Source: a bacterium
GTDB taxonomy: Bacteria; Desulfobacterota; DSWW01
NCBI GenBank assembly: GCA_040756235.1
Contig: JBFLZG010000103.1
Coordinates: 1 to 64,000 of the forward strand
Direction: 5' to 3'
Length of the DNA stretch: 64,000 nt
The notes under the pieces: generated by a model
What the model was told of the DNA's origin: nothing
The model's database searches: none
Seen by the model: only the letters and a program-made list of their open reading frames with translations
Part shown: positions 38,028 through 47,717 of the stretch, one piece after another
Position numbering within the stretch: the first letter of the stretch is position 1
Layout of the letters: each line of letters opens with the position of its first letter
Position numbers and translations under genes: made by a program

Positions 38028-39611
38028 ATGGAGGCTTCGGTGGAGTCCGCGTCGGTCATCGTTGTGATCCTGGGCGGGGCCGGCGATCTGACATGGCGCA
38101 AGCTCGTCCCAGCGCTCTGGCATCTTGCTGCAGGAAAATGGCTGCCGGAAAAGTTAGCCGTCGTCGGCGCCGACCGGAAGGCAATGCCGGAACAGGACTA
38201 CGCAAAACGCCTCCGCGACGGGGTGAGCCGGTTCTCCCCTGAGAGGCCACCCGAGGGGCCCGCCTGGGACGAGTTCATTCGAAGGGTTTCGTACCTGGAG
38301 CTCGACTTCGCCGATCCGGCCGGCTACCGGGCCCTTGCGCAGAAACTGGCGGGAATCGAGAAAAACTGGGACAGCAGGTCCAACCGCATCTTCTACCTGG
38401 CGATTCCGCCCACGGCCATCGAGCCGGTCGTCAACGGATTCGAGAGGGCCAGGCTCGAGCGCCCGCGGGACCACGTGCGGATCGTGGTCGAGAAGCCCTT
38501 CGGGTGGGATCTCGCGTCCGCGAGGTCGCTCAACCGGATGCTGAGGGGGGTGTACGAGGAGAGCCAGATCTACCGGATCGATCACTACCTCGGGAAGAGC
38601 ACGGTCCAGAACATCCTGGCTTTCCGCTTCGCCAACGCCCTGTTCGAGCCGATCTGGAACCGCCGGTACATCGACCACGTGCAGATCACGGTCGCCGAGC
38701 GGGTCGGAGTCGAGCATCGGGGCGGTTATTACGACAGGGCCGGCGCGCTCCGGGACATGATCCAGAACCACCTGATTCAGATTCTGTCGCTCATCGCAAT
38801 GGAGCCGCAGGTTTCGTTCGAGGCGAACGAAATCCGGTTCAAGAAGCTCGACGTCCTGCGGGCGATCCGGCCGATCCGGCCGGAGGACGTACGGTCCGTC
38901 GCGGCCCGGGGCCAGTACGGCTCCGGCTGGCTCGAGGGGGAGCGGGTGAGGGCCTACCGCGACGAGCCCGGAGTGGACCCGCAGTCCAACACCGAGACGT
39001 ACGCGGCGCTGAAGCTCTACCTGGACAACTGGCGATGGCAGGACGTTCCCTTTTACCTGCGCACGGGCAAGAGGTTGCCCGCCAGGATCTCGACCGCCTG
39101 CATCCAGTTCCGGCCCGTGCCGCACCAGTCCTTTCCCTCCAGCGCCATCGGCGAGTGGCAGCCGAACCGCCTGGTCATCACCATCCAGCCGGACGAGGGC
39201 ATCTCCCTCCGGTTCCAGGTGCAGCGCCCGGAGTTGACCGTACGGCTCGGCCCGGCCGAATTGCGGTTCAGCTATCGGGAAGCGTTCAAGGCGTCGCCGC
39301 CCGAGGCATACCAGACTCTGCTCCTCGACGTCATCCGAGGCGATGCGACCTTGTTCAAGCGCGCCGAGCAGGTGGAGGCCGCCTGGGCCTTGGTCGCCCC
39401 TGTCCTGGAGGGCTGGGCCGCTACCCCGCCCTCGGATTTCCCGAACTACGCTGCGGGAGCCTGGGGCTCGGAGAGCGCCGAGATCCTCATCGCCCAGGAC
39501 GGACGGAGGTGGCTGACTCCTTCTTTGCCGGACTCGGGCGAGCCCGTCGAGCGTTCAGACACTCACCCGGACAAGGCCGAGGGCTCCGACATGGATTCGG
39601 GCCCATCCTGA
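38028..39611 (+). CDS. zwf: Glucose-6-phosphate 1-dehydrogenase
   Basis: [41 protein letters not shown]. Confidence 0.97.
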   Translation: MEASVESASVIVVILGGAGDLTWRKLVPALWHLAAGKWLPEKLAVVGADRKAMPEQDYAKRLRDGVSRFSPERPPEGPAWDEFIRRVSYLELDFADPAGYRALAQKLAGIEKNWDSRSNRIFYLAIPPTAIEPVVNGFERARLERPRDHVRIVVEKPFGWDLASARSLNRMLRGVYEESQIYRIDHYLGKSTVQNILAFRFANALFEPIWNRRYIDHVQITVAERVGVEHRGGYYDRAGALRDMIQNHLIQILSLIAMEPQVSFEANEIRFKKLDVLRAIRPIRPEDVRSVAARGQYGSGWLEGERVRAYRDEPGVDPQSNTETYAALKLYLDNWRWQDVPFYLRTGKRLPARISTACIQFRPVPHQSFPSSAIGEWQPNRLVITIQPDEGISLRFQVQRPELTVRLGPAELRFSYREAFKASPPEAYQTLLLDVIRGDATLFKRAEQVEAAWALVAPVLEGWAATPPSDFPNYAAGAWGSESAEILIAQDGRRWLTPSLPDSGEPVERSDTHPDKAEGSDMDSGPS

Positions 39612-39916
39612 CCCTGACCCTCCGGGCCGCACCGCCCGTGAGAGGGGCAGCTCCCAAAGCTGCCTGCGCTGTCCGGGAAACCCGATTGACCCCCGCCTGC
39701 ATCGCCTACGTGGGGACCGCCCGGGACGGCAGGTCCCACCCAAGTGACCGAAGCTCAGACAAATGCTGGAAAAGAACTACGTCGCAGAGTTATATATCAT
39801 GAGCGAGGTGGCGCAGACCTTTTTCTCCCGTTACATCGAGCTTGCTCGACAGACTCCAGAGGATCGTGACCCGGATCCTCATCGCCAGCCTGTGACCAGG
39901 CAGGAATACTAAACCG

Positions 39917-41395
39917 ATGAAACTCGCTCGCAGGCTCATGACCGCCTTCCTGCTGGCGCTTCTGGTCTTGCTGGCGGCGGACGCGCTGTGGACAGTCTGG
40001 GAAGAAGTTGCACGCTACGACCAGGACCGGCAGCGCGAGGCGCTCCTGCTCGGCCGGGTCCTCGCCGGACACATTGCCGAGATCTGGAAGACCGATGGCA
40101 TCGAACGGGCACACAAGCTCATCGAAGACGCAAACAGGAATGCTCGTCCCCTCCAGCTCCGCTGGGTCTGGCTGGATGGCTCTGCCAAGGAGCCGCCGCA
40201 GGTTGACCAGGCGCTGCCGCAGCTCAAGGAGGGGCGCATGGTCGTCGTGCGCGTCAGGGGACCTGCGGAAACGGACCGGCTGGTCGCCTATATACCCGTA
40301 CGGCTACACGGGGGATACCGGGCCGCCCTGGAAGTTTCGCAGGCTTTTGCGCCCATGCTCGTCCACATGAGACGTGTCTTGATTCGCAGGATTCTGCTGT
40401 TGGCCGCCATGGTATTTGCCTGTGCGATTCTGGTGTTCGGGCTGGGTGCGTCGCTCGTTGGCAGGCCGGTGCAGAGGCTGGTCCGGCAGGCCCGGCAAAT
40501 CGGCGCAGGCGATTTGAGGAGTGAGGTGTCCCTTGGCCCAAGGGGGGACGAGCTCTCGATGCTGGCGGACGAGATGAACCGGATGGTGGCGCAGCTTCGC
40601 GGGGCTCAGGAGAAGCTCCAGGACGAAACCTCCCGCAGGATCGCCACCCTTGAGGAGTTGCATCATGCCGAGCGGCTTGCCACGGTGGGGAAGTTCGTCT
40701 CGGGGCTGGCCCATGAGCTCGGCACGCCCTTGAACGTCATCTCCGGTCGCGCCAAGATGGTCACGACGCAGGAGCTCTCCCGGGCCGAGGTCGCCGAGTA
40801 CGCAGGAATCATTCGGGAGCAGTCGGATCGGATGACCGCGCTTGTGCAGCAGCTTCTGGCGTTCTCGAGAAGGCACATCCCGAAAAAGACCACCTTCCCG
40901 CTGCGGGACTGTGTCGAACGGGTTCTCGACGCCCTTGGGCCGATGGCCAGAGAGAGGCACATCACGTGGAACAGGGTGGAAGAGACCGCGCGGCCGGTTC
41001 ATGTGACCGCCGATGCCGCCCAATTGCAGCAGGTCCTGACCAACATCGTCTCCAACGCGGTGCAGGCCATGCAACGCGGCGGCACCATCGAAGTAGGGAT
41101 CACACGAGAGGAGGCGGTCTCGCCCGTAGGGGGGGAAAGAACAAAGGAGCCGTATGCCTGCGTGAAGATCCGCGATCAAGGGGAGGGAATCGCGCCGGAG
41201 AACCTCGAGCGGATCTTCGACCCGTTCTTCACGACCAAGGGAATCGGCGAAGGCACCGGCCTCGGGCTCTCGATCGCCTATGGGATCGTCCGGGAGCACG
41301 GCGGCTGGCTGGCGGTCGAGAGTGAACCCGGCAAGGGCAGTTGCTTCTTCATCTATCTGCCATTGGAGACGAAGGCATGCAGCGGCGCATCCTGA
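39917..41395 (+). CDS. HAMP sensor histidine kinase
   Basis: Two [30 protein letters not shown]. Confidence 0.93.
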   Translation: MKLARRLMTAFLLALLVLLAADALWTVWEEVARYDQDRQREALLLGRVLAGHIAEIWKTDGIERAHKLIEDANRNARPLQLRWVWLDGSAKEPPQVDQALPQLKEGRMVVVRVRGPAETDRLVAYIPVRLHGGYRAALEVSQAFAPMLVHMRRVLIRRILLLAAMVFACAILVFGLGASLVGRPVQRLVRQARQIGAGDLRSEVSLGPRGDELSMLADEMNRMVAQLRGAQEKLQDETSRRIATLEELHHAERLATVGKFVSGLAHELGTPLNVISGRAKMVTTQELSRAEVAEYAGIIREQSDRMTALVQQLLAFSRRHIPKKTTFPLRDCVERVLDALGPMARERHITWNRVEETARPVHVTADAAQLQQVLTNIVSNAVQAMQRGGTIEVGITREEAVSPVGGERTKEPYACVKIRDQGEGIAPENLERIFDPFFTTKGIGEGTGLGLSIAYGIVREHGGWLAVESEPGKGSCFFIYLPLETKACSGAS

Positions 41396-42741
41396 TCGTC
41401 GATGACGACAAGAGCATGGGTGAAATGCTCGAGGCGCATCTGGGCCGGAAAGGATTCTCCGTTGTCTGGAAGGTTTCGGCGCAAGAGGCGTTCGCCGCGG
41501 TCTGCGCAGAGGACTTCGATGTGGTGCTGGCCGACATCCGCATGCCGGGCGAGGACGGAATCTCTCTGTGCGAACGGGTCGTCACCAATCGTCCGGACGT
41601 GCTGGTGGTCGTCATGACCGCCTTCGGCAGCCTGGAAACGGCCGTCTCTGCCTTGCGCGCAGGCGCCTATGATTTCGTGACCAAGCCCGTGGACCTGGAC
41701 GCGCTGGCGTACACCCTCAGCCGGGCCGTACAACACCGCGCGCTGCTGGAAAGAGTCCGGATTCTCAGCCGGGCCGTCGAAGAATCAAGGCGCTTCGATG
41801 AGCTGGTAGGCGCGAGCCCTGCCATGAAGAGACTGTATGATCTTCTCGCGCGTGTGGCGCCCCTGGATTCCACCGTTCTGCTGGCAGGAGAGTCGGGAAC
41901 GGGAAAGGAGCTTGCGGCCAGGGTCCTCCACGGGCTGAGCGGCCGAAGCCAGGGCCCCTTCATAGCCGTCAACTGTGCGGCCATTCCCGAGGCGCTGCTG
42001 GAGAGCGAGTTGTTCGGGCATGTGAGCGGCGCCTTCACGGATGCCAAGGCAGCCCGCAAGGGCCTGTTCGTGCAGGCCCATCGGGGAGCGCTCTTCCTGG
42101 ACGAGATCGCGGAACTACCCCTCTCCCTCCAGCCGAAACTGCTGCGGGTTCTCGAGCAGCGCACGGTTCGTCCCCTGGGCGGCGATGCGGAGATCGCCGT
42201 GGATATCCGCATCCTGGCCGCTACGAACCGCGATCTGGAGTCCCGCGTGGATGAAGGCAAGTTCCGCGCAGACCTCTTCTATCGCATTCACGTCATCCCC
42301 ATCGAAATACCTCCGCTGCGAGCCCGGGGCAACGATGTGTTGCTGCTGGCGCGACATTTCCTGCAGGATTTCGCTGCGCTCATGGGAAAAGAGGTGGCGG
42401 GCATTTCGGATGCGGCTGCCGAAAGACTGCTGGCCTATGACTGGCCGGGCAATGTGCGCGAGCTGCGCAACTGCATCGAGCGCGCCCTGGCTCTGGCCCG
42501 CTTCGACAAGCTTGCCGTCGAGGACCTGCCGGAGAGGATCCGGGCCTACCGTTCCACGCCTTTTCAGATTGGGAGCGAGGATCCGGCTGAGCTTCTGTCC
42601 ATGGAAGAGGTGGAGCGCCGCTACATCCTGCACGTGCTCAAGCTGACCGGCGGAAACAAGACGACGGCTGCCCGCATCCTGGGCTTCGACCGAAAGACTC
42701 TTCACCGCAAGCTCGAACGCTACGGCAGCCCAGGGGAGTAG
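41377..42741 (+). CDS. Sigma54-dependent response regulator
   Basis: Receiver, GESGTGKE, GAFTDA, WPGNVREL, HTH. Confidence 0.95.
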   Translation: MQRRILIVDDDKSMGEMLEAHLGRKGFSVVWKVSAQEAFAAVCAEDFDVVLADIRMPGEDGISLCERVVTNRPDVLVVVMTAFGSLETAVSALRAGAYDFVTKPVDLDALAYTLSRAVQHRALLERVRILSRAVEESRRFDELVGASPAMKRLYDLLARVAPLDSTVLLAGESGTGKELAARVLHGLSGRSQGPFIAVNCAAIPEALLESELFGHVSGAFTDAKAARKGLFVQAHRGALFLDEIAELPLSLQPKLLRVLEQRTVRPLGGDAEIAVDIRILAATNRDLESRVDEGKFRADLFYRIHVIPIEIPPLRARGNDVLLLARHFLQDFAALMGKEVAGISDAAAERLLAYDWPGNVRELRNCIERALALARFDKLAVEDLPERIRAYRSTPFQIGSEDPAELLSMEEVERRYILHVLKLTGGNKTTAARILGFDRKTLHRKLERYGSPGE

Positions 42742-42799
42742 GAGTCCAGTGCTCTATCTTCCTGATCTACGTGGCCGCAGTCATTCGTGGGGCGCTCGC

Positions 42800-44224
42800 A
42801 TGAGCCGATCCCCAAGGGTCCTTCCAAAAGGATTCGCGTCGTTGTTACTCGGCGCTGCCCTTGTCCTGCAGGCATCGCCGTCAGATGGCGCTGAGATCGT
42901 GGAGCAATCGATTGCCCATGAACCCTTCGGAACGCTCACCGTCTATCGTCCCCCGCGGACGCCCAAAGGATTGCTCCTGCTCGTGTCGGATGTACCCGGA
43001 TGGAACGCTGAAATGACGGAGCTGGCCAGAGCGGTCAGCGCACTGAGCTATCTTGTCGCGGGCGTGGATCTCAAGAGCCTCCTTTCACGAACGGACGACC
43101 CGGCTTTGCCCTGCTGGAATCCCCTGGCGGACTTCGAGGACCTCAGCCGCTTCCTGGACGAGCGGTATGCTCTGGGCCAGAAGAGGCCCGTTCTAGTGGG
43201 GTACGCTGCCGGCGGTTCCCTGGCGTATGCCGTCCTGGCGCAAGCACCTGTCCATTCGTTCCACGCGGTTATCAGTCTGGAATTCTGCCCTCGCCTGGCG
43301 ATCCGCAGGCGCCTCTGTCCGGGTCAACAGCACCCAGGCCCCGGCGCTCGCGAGAGCAAGGGCCAAGCCTTGATTCCCCGAGAGCACCTGGAGACAGGAT
43401 GGTTTGTATTTCTTTCCGATTCCGCGTGCCCGGACGAAAAGCCCGGCGATTTCGTGAACCGCATCGACAACGCCCGACCGGTTACTCTGCCCGGGGAAAG
43501 CCCGGGGATGCCGGAACAGAAGGCCTGGCAGCCCCAGTTGCTCTCGCTCCTGCAATGGCTCGACCCAGGCATCCCGAGGCAGGTCCGGCCGGATGCGGAT
43601 CTCCATGGGGTCCCCTTGATCGAAGTCAACGCCGCTGGCGGCACGCCTCCGAATCCCACGATGGCGGTCCTGCTCTCCGGAGACGGCGGCTGGGCGGAAC
43701 TGGACCGTTCGGTCTCGGCCGAGCTGGCAAAGCGCGGAATCCCGACGGTGGGGTGGGACTCCCTGAGCTACTTCTGGAAGCCAAAGACACCGGACCAGGC
43801 AGGCTTCGATCTCGAGCAAGTTCTGCGGCATTACACCCGGGCCTGGAACAAGGACAAGGTCATCCTCATCGGCTACTCTCTGGGCGCTGACGTGCTGTCC
43901 TTCATGGCAAACCGCTTGTCTCCGGAAATGAAGAGCCGGGTGCTTCTCGTGGCCTTCCTGGGACTGGGCCGGCAAACCTCCTTCGAATTCCATTTGACGG
44001 ATTGGCTCGGCTTCTCTTCGCAGAACAGCCTGCCCGTGGTGCCGGAGGTGGAAAGGCTGACGTGGGCAAAACGCTTGTGCATTTACGGCGAGCAGGAGCC
44101 CGACAGCGGCTGTCCGGATCTGTCCGGCAAAGGGGTCACCCTGATCAACCTGCCGGGGGACCACCATTTCGGCAGGGACTATTCCGGCATTGTAGGCCGT
44201 CTGCTGGAGTGCGCTCTCAGGTGA
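42800..44224 (+). CDS. AcvB/VirJ-family aminoacyl-phosphatidylglycerol hydrolase
   Basis: Signal peptide, LSGDGGW, DSLSYFW, IGYSLGAD, LPGDHHF. Confidence 0.88.
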   Translation: MSRSPRVLPKGFASLLLGAALVLQASPSDGAEIVEQSIAHEPFGTLTVYRPPRTPKGLLLLVSDVPGWNAEMTELARAVSALSYLVAGVDLKSLLSRTDDPALPCWNPLADFEDLSRFLDERYALGQKRPVLVGYAAGGSLAYAVLAQAPVHSFHAVISLEFCPRLAIRRRLCPGQQHPGPGARESKGQALIPREHLETGWFVFLSDSACPDEKPGDFVNRIDNARPVTLPGESPGMPEQKAWQPQLLSLLQWLDPGIPRQVRPDADLHGVPLIEVNAAGGTPPNPTMAVLLSGDGGWAELDRSVSAELAKRGIPTVGWDSLSYFWKPKTPDQAGFDLEQVLRHYTRAWNKDKVILIGYSLGADVLSFMANRLSPEMKSRVLLVAFLGLGRQTSFEFHLTDWLGFSSQNSLPVVPEVERLTWAKRLCIYGEQEPDSGCPDLSGKGVTLINLPGDHHFGRDYSGIVGRLLECALR

Positions 44225-44502
44225 TCCGGCCTCAAGACGCCGGACGCAGGCCACGCGGATTCGGCGGGGGCCGTCGTACGCCAGGGCGCAGGGCCTGCGC
44301 GGGTGTTCTCATTCCTGGTGCTCGGTGCGGAGGTCTCGATGTCGGCGGTGCTCCGGGTCTCTCAGTACGGACACCTCAGCCAAGTAAGCAGGATCGCCGG
44401 TTCTTACGAAAAAGGCCTGGTTGGATTCATCGTCCCTGCTTGCTTGCAGAGATCCTGAAGGGCTTATTCCGCAGCCGCGCTTGACGGCGAGACTCGCCCC
44501 GC

Positions 44503-44518
44503 TGGCACGCTCTATGCT
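44503..44518 (+). promoter_or_regulatory. Candidate sigma54 promoter
   Basis: TGGCACgctctATGCT (GG-N10-GC). Confidence 0.6.
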
Positions 44519-44575
44519 GCATGCGGTCCATGGAGATCGAGCTCACGATCCTCGCGGGACATACGAGGCTGGGAG

Positions 44576-45028
44576 ATGCACTCTTCGCGACGGTCAGGGC
44601 TAGACGCGGAGCATGAGGGAAGCCGGGAGGTCCCCCTCCAGGACCGCTGCCGCTATCTTGTCCTCGCTCCCAAGAACCCCGCCATGCTGGAGTTTCTCAC
44701 ATCCGCTCTGGCAAAGTCCGGGTTCGAGGTGATCGCCTGCCATGATTGGATGGAGCTTTCCTCCCATCTCAAGAAGGTTCTGCGCAGGGGCCCAAATCGC
44801 AAGGTCAACGTGGTCGTTTTGGACTTGCAGAGATCACGTGCTTTCTCTAAGGACTGGTTGGGCTTCGTCCGGGGAATCCCTGCCGCAGTTCCGGTCATTC
44901 TGATCACCGCGTTCGGGGACACCCAGACGTACGCCCTTGCTCTCCAGTCCGGAGCCAGGGCCGTCTTCTGCCAACCCTTCGAGTTGGACGAGCTGCTGCG
45001 CGCGGTGCGGGAAACGATCCCCTCGTAG
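44576..45028 (+). CDS. Atypical single-domain response regulator; start uncertain
   Basis: VVVLDL, PVILITAFG, CQPFELDEL; acidic pocket and conserved Lys degenerate. Confidence 0.7.
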   Translation: MHSSRRSGLDAEHEGSREVPLQDRCRYLVLAPKNPAMLEFLTSALAKSGFEVIACHDWMELSSHLKKVLRRGPNRKVNVVVLDLQRSRAFSKDWLGFVRGIPAAVPVILITAFGDTQTYALALQSGARAVFCQPFELDELLRAVRETIPS

Positions 45029-45072
45029 ACCTGAGCCGTTGTCAGCCCCTTCCAGCGATGGAAGACTCTTGC

Positions 45073-45106
45073 TGGGGCATTTTGCCCAGGCGGGGCAATT
45101 TGCCCT
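45073..45106. promoter_or_regulatory. Candidate enhancer (tandem GGGCA-N3-TGCCC palindromes)
   Basis: Identical to 30911-30944; ~90 bp upstream of a sigma54 motif. Confidence 0.7.
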
Positions 45107-45193
45107 GGCGGCAGGGCAGGCCTGCAGAGTCTTTCCGTGCTTCTTCCTTGATCTATTTCCAATCCGTGGCCCGCAATCTCCACACCTTCAGGC

Positions 45194-45209
45194 TGGCACA
45201 TCCTATGCA
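45194..45209 (+). promoter_or_regulatory. sigma54 promoter
   Basis: TGGCACatcctATGCA (GG-N10-GC). Confidence 0.7.
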
Positions 45210-45347
45210 CCCACGGTCCTGGACAGCAACAAGGTGGCCGTGGGGTCGCGGTTCTCCAGTAAATCGAGGAGGCAATGAAATGCGCCTCACGGCCTGCGAA
45301 TCTCCGGAGAGATCGAGCATCTCTCCAGCCTGAAAGGAGGCAGACAC

Positions 45348-45674
45348 ATGAAAAAACTCACCGTATCCGTGGCAGTGGTCTTGGCCGCATGGATGGTGGT
45401 GTCGTCCTTCACGCCTCAGGTGATGGCGGCCCCGCGGCTCTATTCCATGGCCGGCAAGATCCAGGCTGTCGATCCGGTACACAACACGGTGGCGATCAAC
45501 ATCCCGGAGGGGAGGGGGAACTTTACCGTCGCTGGAGCGGTCAGCAGCCACGCCACATTGAAGATGAACGGCAAGGCTGCACGTCTGGCCGATTTCAAAC
45601 CGGGTGATCGTGTCCACGTCAAATGGGAATCCACGTCCAACGGTCATCTGATCGACATGCTGGTAAGGGGCTGA
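45348..45674 (+). CDS. Small secreted beta-rich protein (OB-fold-like)
   Basis: Signal peptide, GKIQAVD, LADFKPGDRVHV; RBS aggagg. Confidence 0.8.
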   Translation: MKKLTVSVAVVLAAWMVVSSFTPQVMAAPRLYSMAGKIQAVDPVHNTVAINIPEGRGNFTVAGAVSSHATLKMNGKAARLADFKPGDRVHVKWESTSNGHLIDMLVRG

Positions 45675-45777
45675 GAGCGAGGACATCTTCAGAGAAAGAT
45701 TTGTAGCCACGCCCCAGGGCTGCACCCGTTGGCGTGAGTGTTGCCCGGGGCGTGCTTCATCCAGGCGGGAAAAAAAC

Positions 45778-46206
45778 ATGGCCACAGTGATGACAACCCA
45801 TGAGTTTTGGAAAGGGAGAGGGAACGCGAGGACGGACGTGCAGCAGATGCAGGTCCGCGCGGCAGAGCGGCTGACGATCCTTTCTCTTCTACGCACGGGG
45901 GCCGTTGCCTTGGCGCTGCCTGTGTGCGTGCTGGTCATCTTGACCTTGACGGCCAACGATTACGACGCAGCCAAGGAGTTTGGCCTTCTGCTTCCCCTGT
46001 TGGTGGGCTGCGGAGGTCTGGCTCTGGGAGGCTTGTACATGGTGCTCGAGGCGGTCGTCTCATTGCAGCGCCTGGACCGACGGAGCGCGGATGCGAACCC
46101 GGCTTCTTTGAAGAAGGAGCGTCTACTCTTTGCGGTTCCTGATCCAGAATCCGGCTTCTTTCATCTTCCTTCCCTTCCATCACGTGAAAGGACATCCATA
46201 TGTTGA
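45778..46206 (+). CDS. Hypothetical two-TM membrane protein
   Basis: ORF with two hydrophobic segments overlapping the DegP start. Confidence 0.5.
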   Translation: MATVMTTHEFWKGRGNARTDVQQMQVRAAERLTILSLLRTGAVALALPVCVLVILTLTANDYDAAKEFGLLLPLLVGCGGLALGGLYMVLEAVVSLQRLDRRSADANPASLKKERLLFAVPDPESGFFHLPSLPSRERTSIC

Positions 46207-47624
46207 AGCAGCGCTCTCGCTTCCCGCTGGTCATGACCGTTCTGACCGCAGTTCTGCTTTCGTTCATGCGGCTGACGCCAGCCCTGGCGGCGGGTCCTGA
46301 CGCGGGTGGTCTGACGACCGCCATCGTGCAGGTGGCGAATCAGAACATCCCGGCGGTCGTTCACATCGAAGTGACGGAACGCCAGGAAATCGTCAATCCC
46401 ATGTCTCCCTTCCAGAATGATCCGTTCTTCCGGTATTTCTTCGGCGTTCCGAACGCGCCCAAGAAGTTCAGAAGGGAACTGAAAGGTCTGGGCACAGGCA
46501 TGATCATGGATGCCCGGGGAGACATTCTGACCAACAACCATGTCGTCGGCGGAGCCACCCGGATCGAGGTGCTGCTCTCGACAGGAGAAAAGTACCCCGG
46601 CAGCGTCGTCGGCACCGACCCCAAGACGGACCTTGCCGTGATCCGGATCAAGGCCAAAGAGGACCTTCCTCACGTCACCTTCGGGGACTCTGACGATCTG
46701 CAGGTTGGAGAGTGGGTGGTAGCCATCGGCCACCCGCGGGGGCTGGACCAGACCGTCACCCAGGGCATCATCAGCGCCAAGCACCGGCGCGGCATCACCG
46801 ACCCCAGCACGTATCAGGACTTCCTCCAGACGGATGCGGCCATCAACCCGGGCAACAGCGGTGGTCCCCTGCTCAATTTGAAAGGGGAGGTGGTGGGGGT
46901 CAATGCGGCCATTGCGTCCGAATCCGGCGGTTTCGAGGGGATCGGGTTTGCCATTCCCAGCAACATGGCCGTCCATGTGGCAAAGTCCCTGATCGAGCAC
47001 GGCAAGGTGGTGCGCGGCTGGCTGGGAGTGGCGGTCCAGGACCTGAGCCCGGAGCTGGCTGGAAGCTTTGGAGTAAAAGAGACCAGGGGCGCACTGATCG
47101 CCGACGTGACCCGAGGCGGCCCGGCAGATGCGGCCGGTCTGAAGCGCGGCGACATCGTATTGGCATTTGACGGCAAGCAGATTCCGGACGCGGCAACCAT
47201 CCAGAATGAGGCAGCGAACACGGCCATCGGCAGAGAGGTCAAGGTCACGCTCCTCAGGCGGGAGAATAAACTGGACGTTCTGGTGAAAATGGGCAGCCAG
47301 GAAGAGGCCGGAAAGATCATGGCCGCCTCGCTGCGGAGCCGTCTGGGCGCCGACGTGCGGCCGATCCGGCCGGCCGAGGCGGAAAAGTACGGACTCGGCG
47401 AGCAGGGAGCCGTCGCCATCGCCGGGCTGGATCCCAAGGGGCCGCTGACGCAGTCGGGACTCGAAGTGGGCGACCTGATTCTGGCCGTCAACGATCAGCC
47501 GATCGAAAGCCTGGAGGATTTCGCGAACACGATGAGCACAATCCAGCCCGGTCAGCGTATCGCCCTGCTTGCCCTCGACCACCGGACGGGCGATCAGGGG
47601 TACGTTCAGGTCGAGGTCCGATAA
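46200..47624 (+). CDS. DegP/DegQ (Do) serine protease with two PDZ domains
   Basis: TNNHVV, TDLAVI, QTDAAINPGNSGGPL, RGWLGV. Confidence 0.96.
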   Translation: MLKQRSRFPLVMTVLTAVLLSFMRLTPALAAGPDAGGLTTAIVQVANQNIPAVVHIEVTERQEIVNPMSPFQNDPFFRYFFGVPNAPKKFRRELKGLGTGMIMDARGDILTNNHVVGGATRIEVLLSTGEKYPGSVVGTDPKTDLAVIRIKAKEDLPHVTFGDSDDLQVGEWVVAIGHPRGLDQTVTQGIISAKHRRGITDPSTYQDFLQTDAAINPGNSGGPLLNLKGEVVGVNAAIASESGGFEGIGFAIPSNMAVHVAKSLIEHGKVVRGWLGVAVQDLSPELAGSFGVKETRGALIADVTRGGPADAAGLKRGDIVLAFDGKQIPDAATIQNEAANTAIGREVKVTLLRRENKLDVLVKMGSQEEAGKIMAASLRSRLGADVRPIRPAEAEKYGLGEQGAVAIAGLDPKGPLTQSGLEVGDLILAVNDQPIESLEDFANTMSTIQPGQRIALLALDHRTGDQGYVQVEVR

Positions 47625-47717
47625 GAAGCCGGAGTACGGATCAGTTGCTGGGTCGCCAAGGTCTGGGGGCGGGCTGTACTGCGGAGAGGAGCAGGAGTGG
47701 TCCGACCCGGGTCCGGT

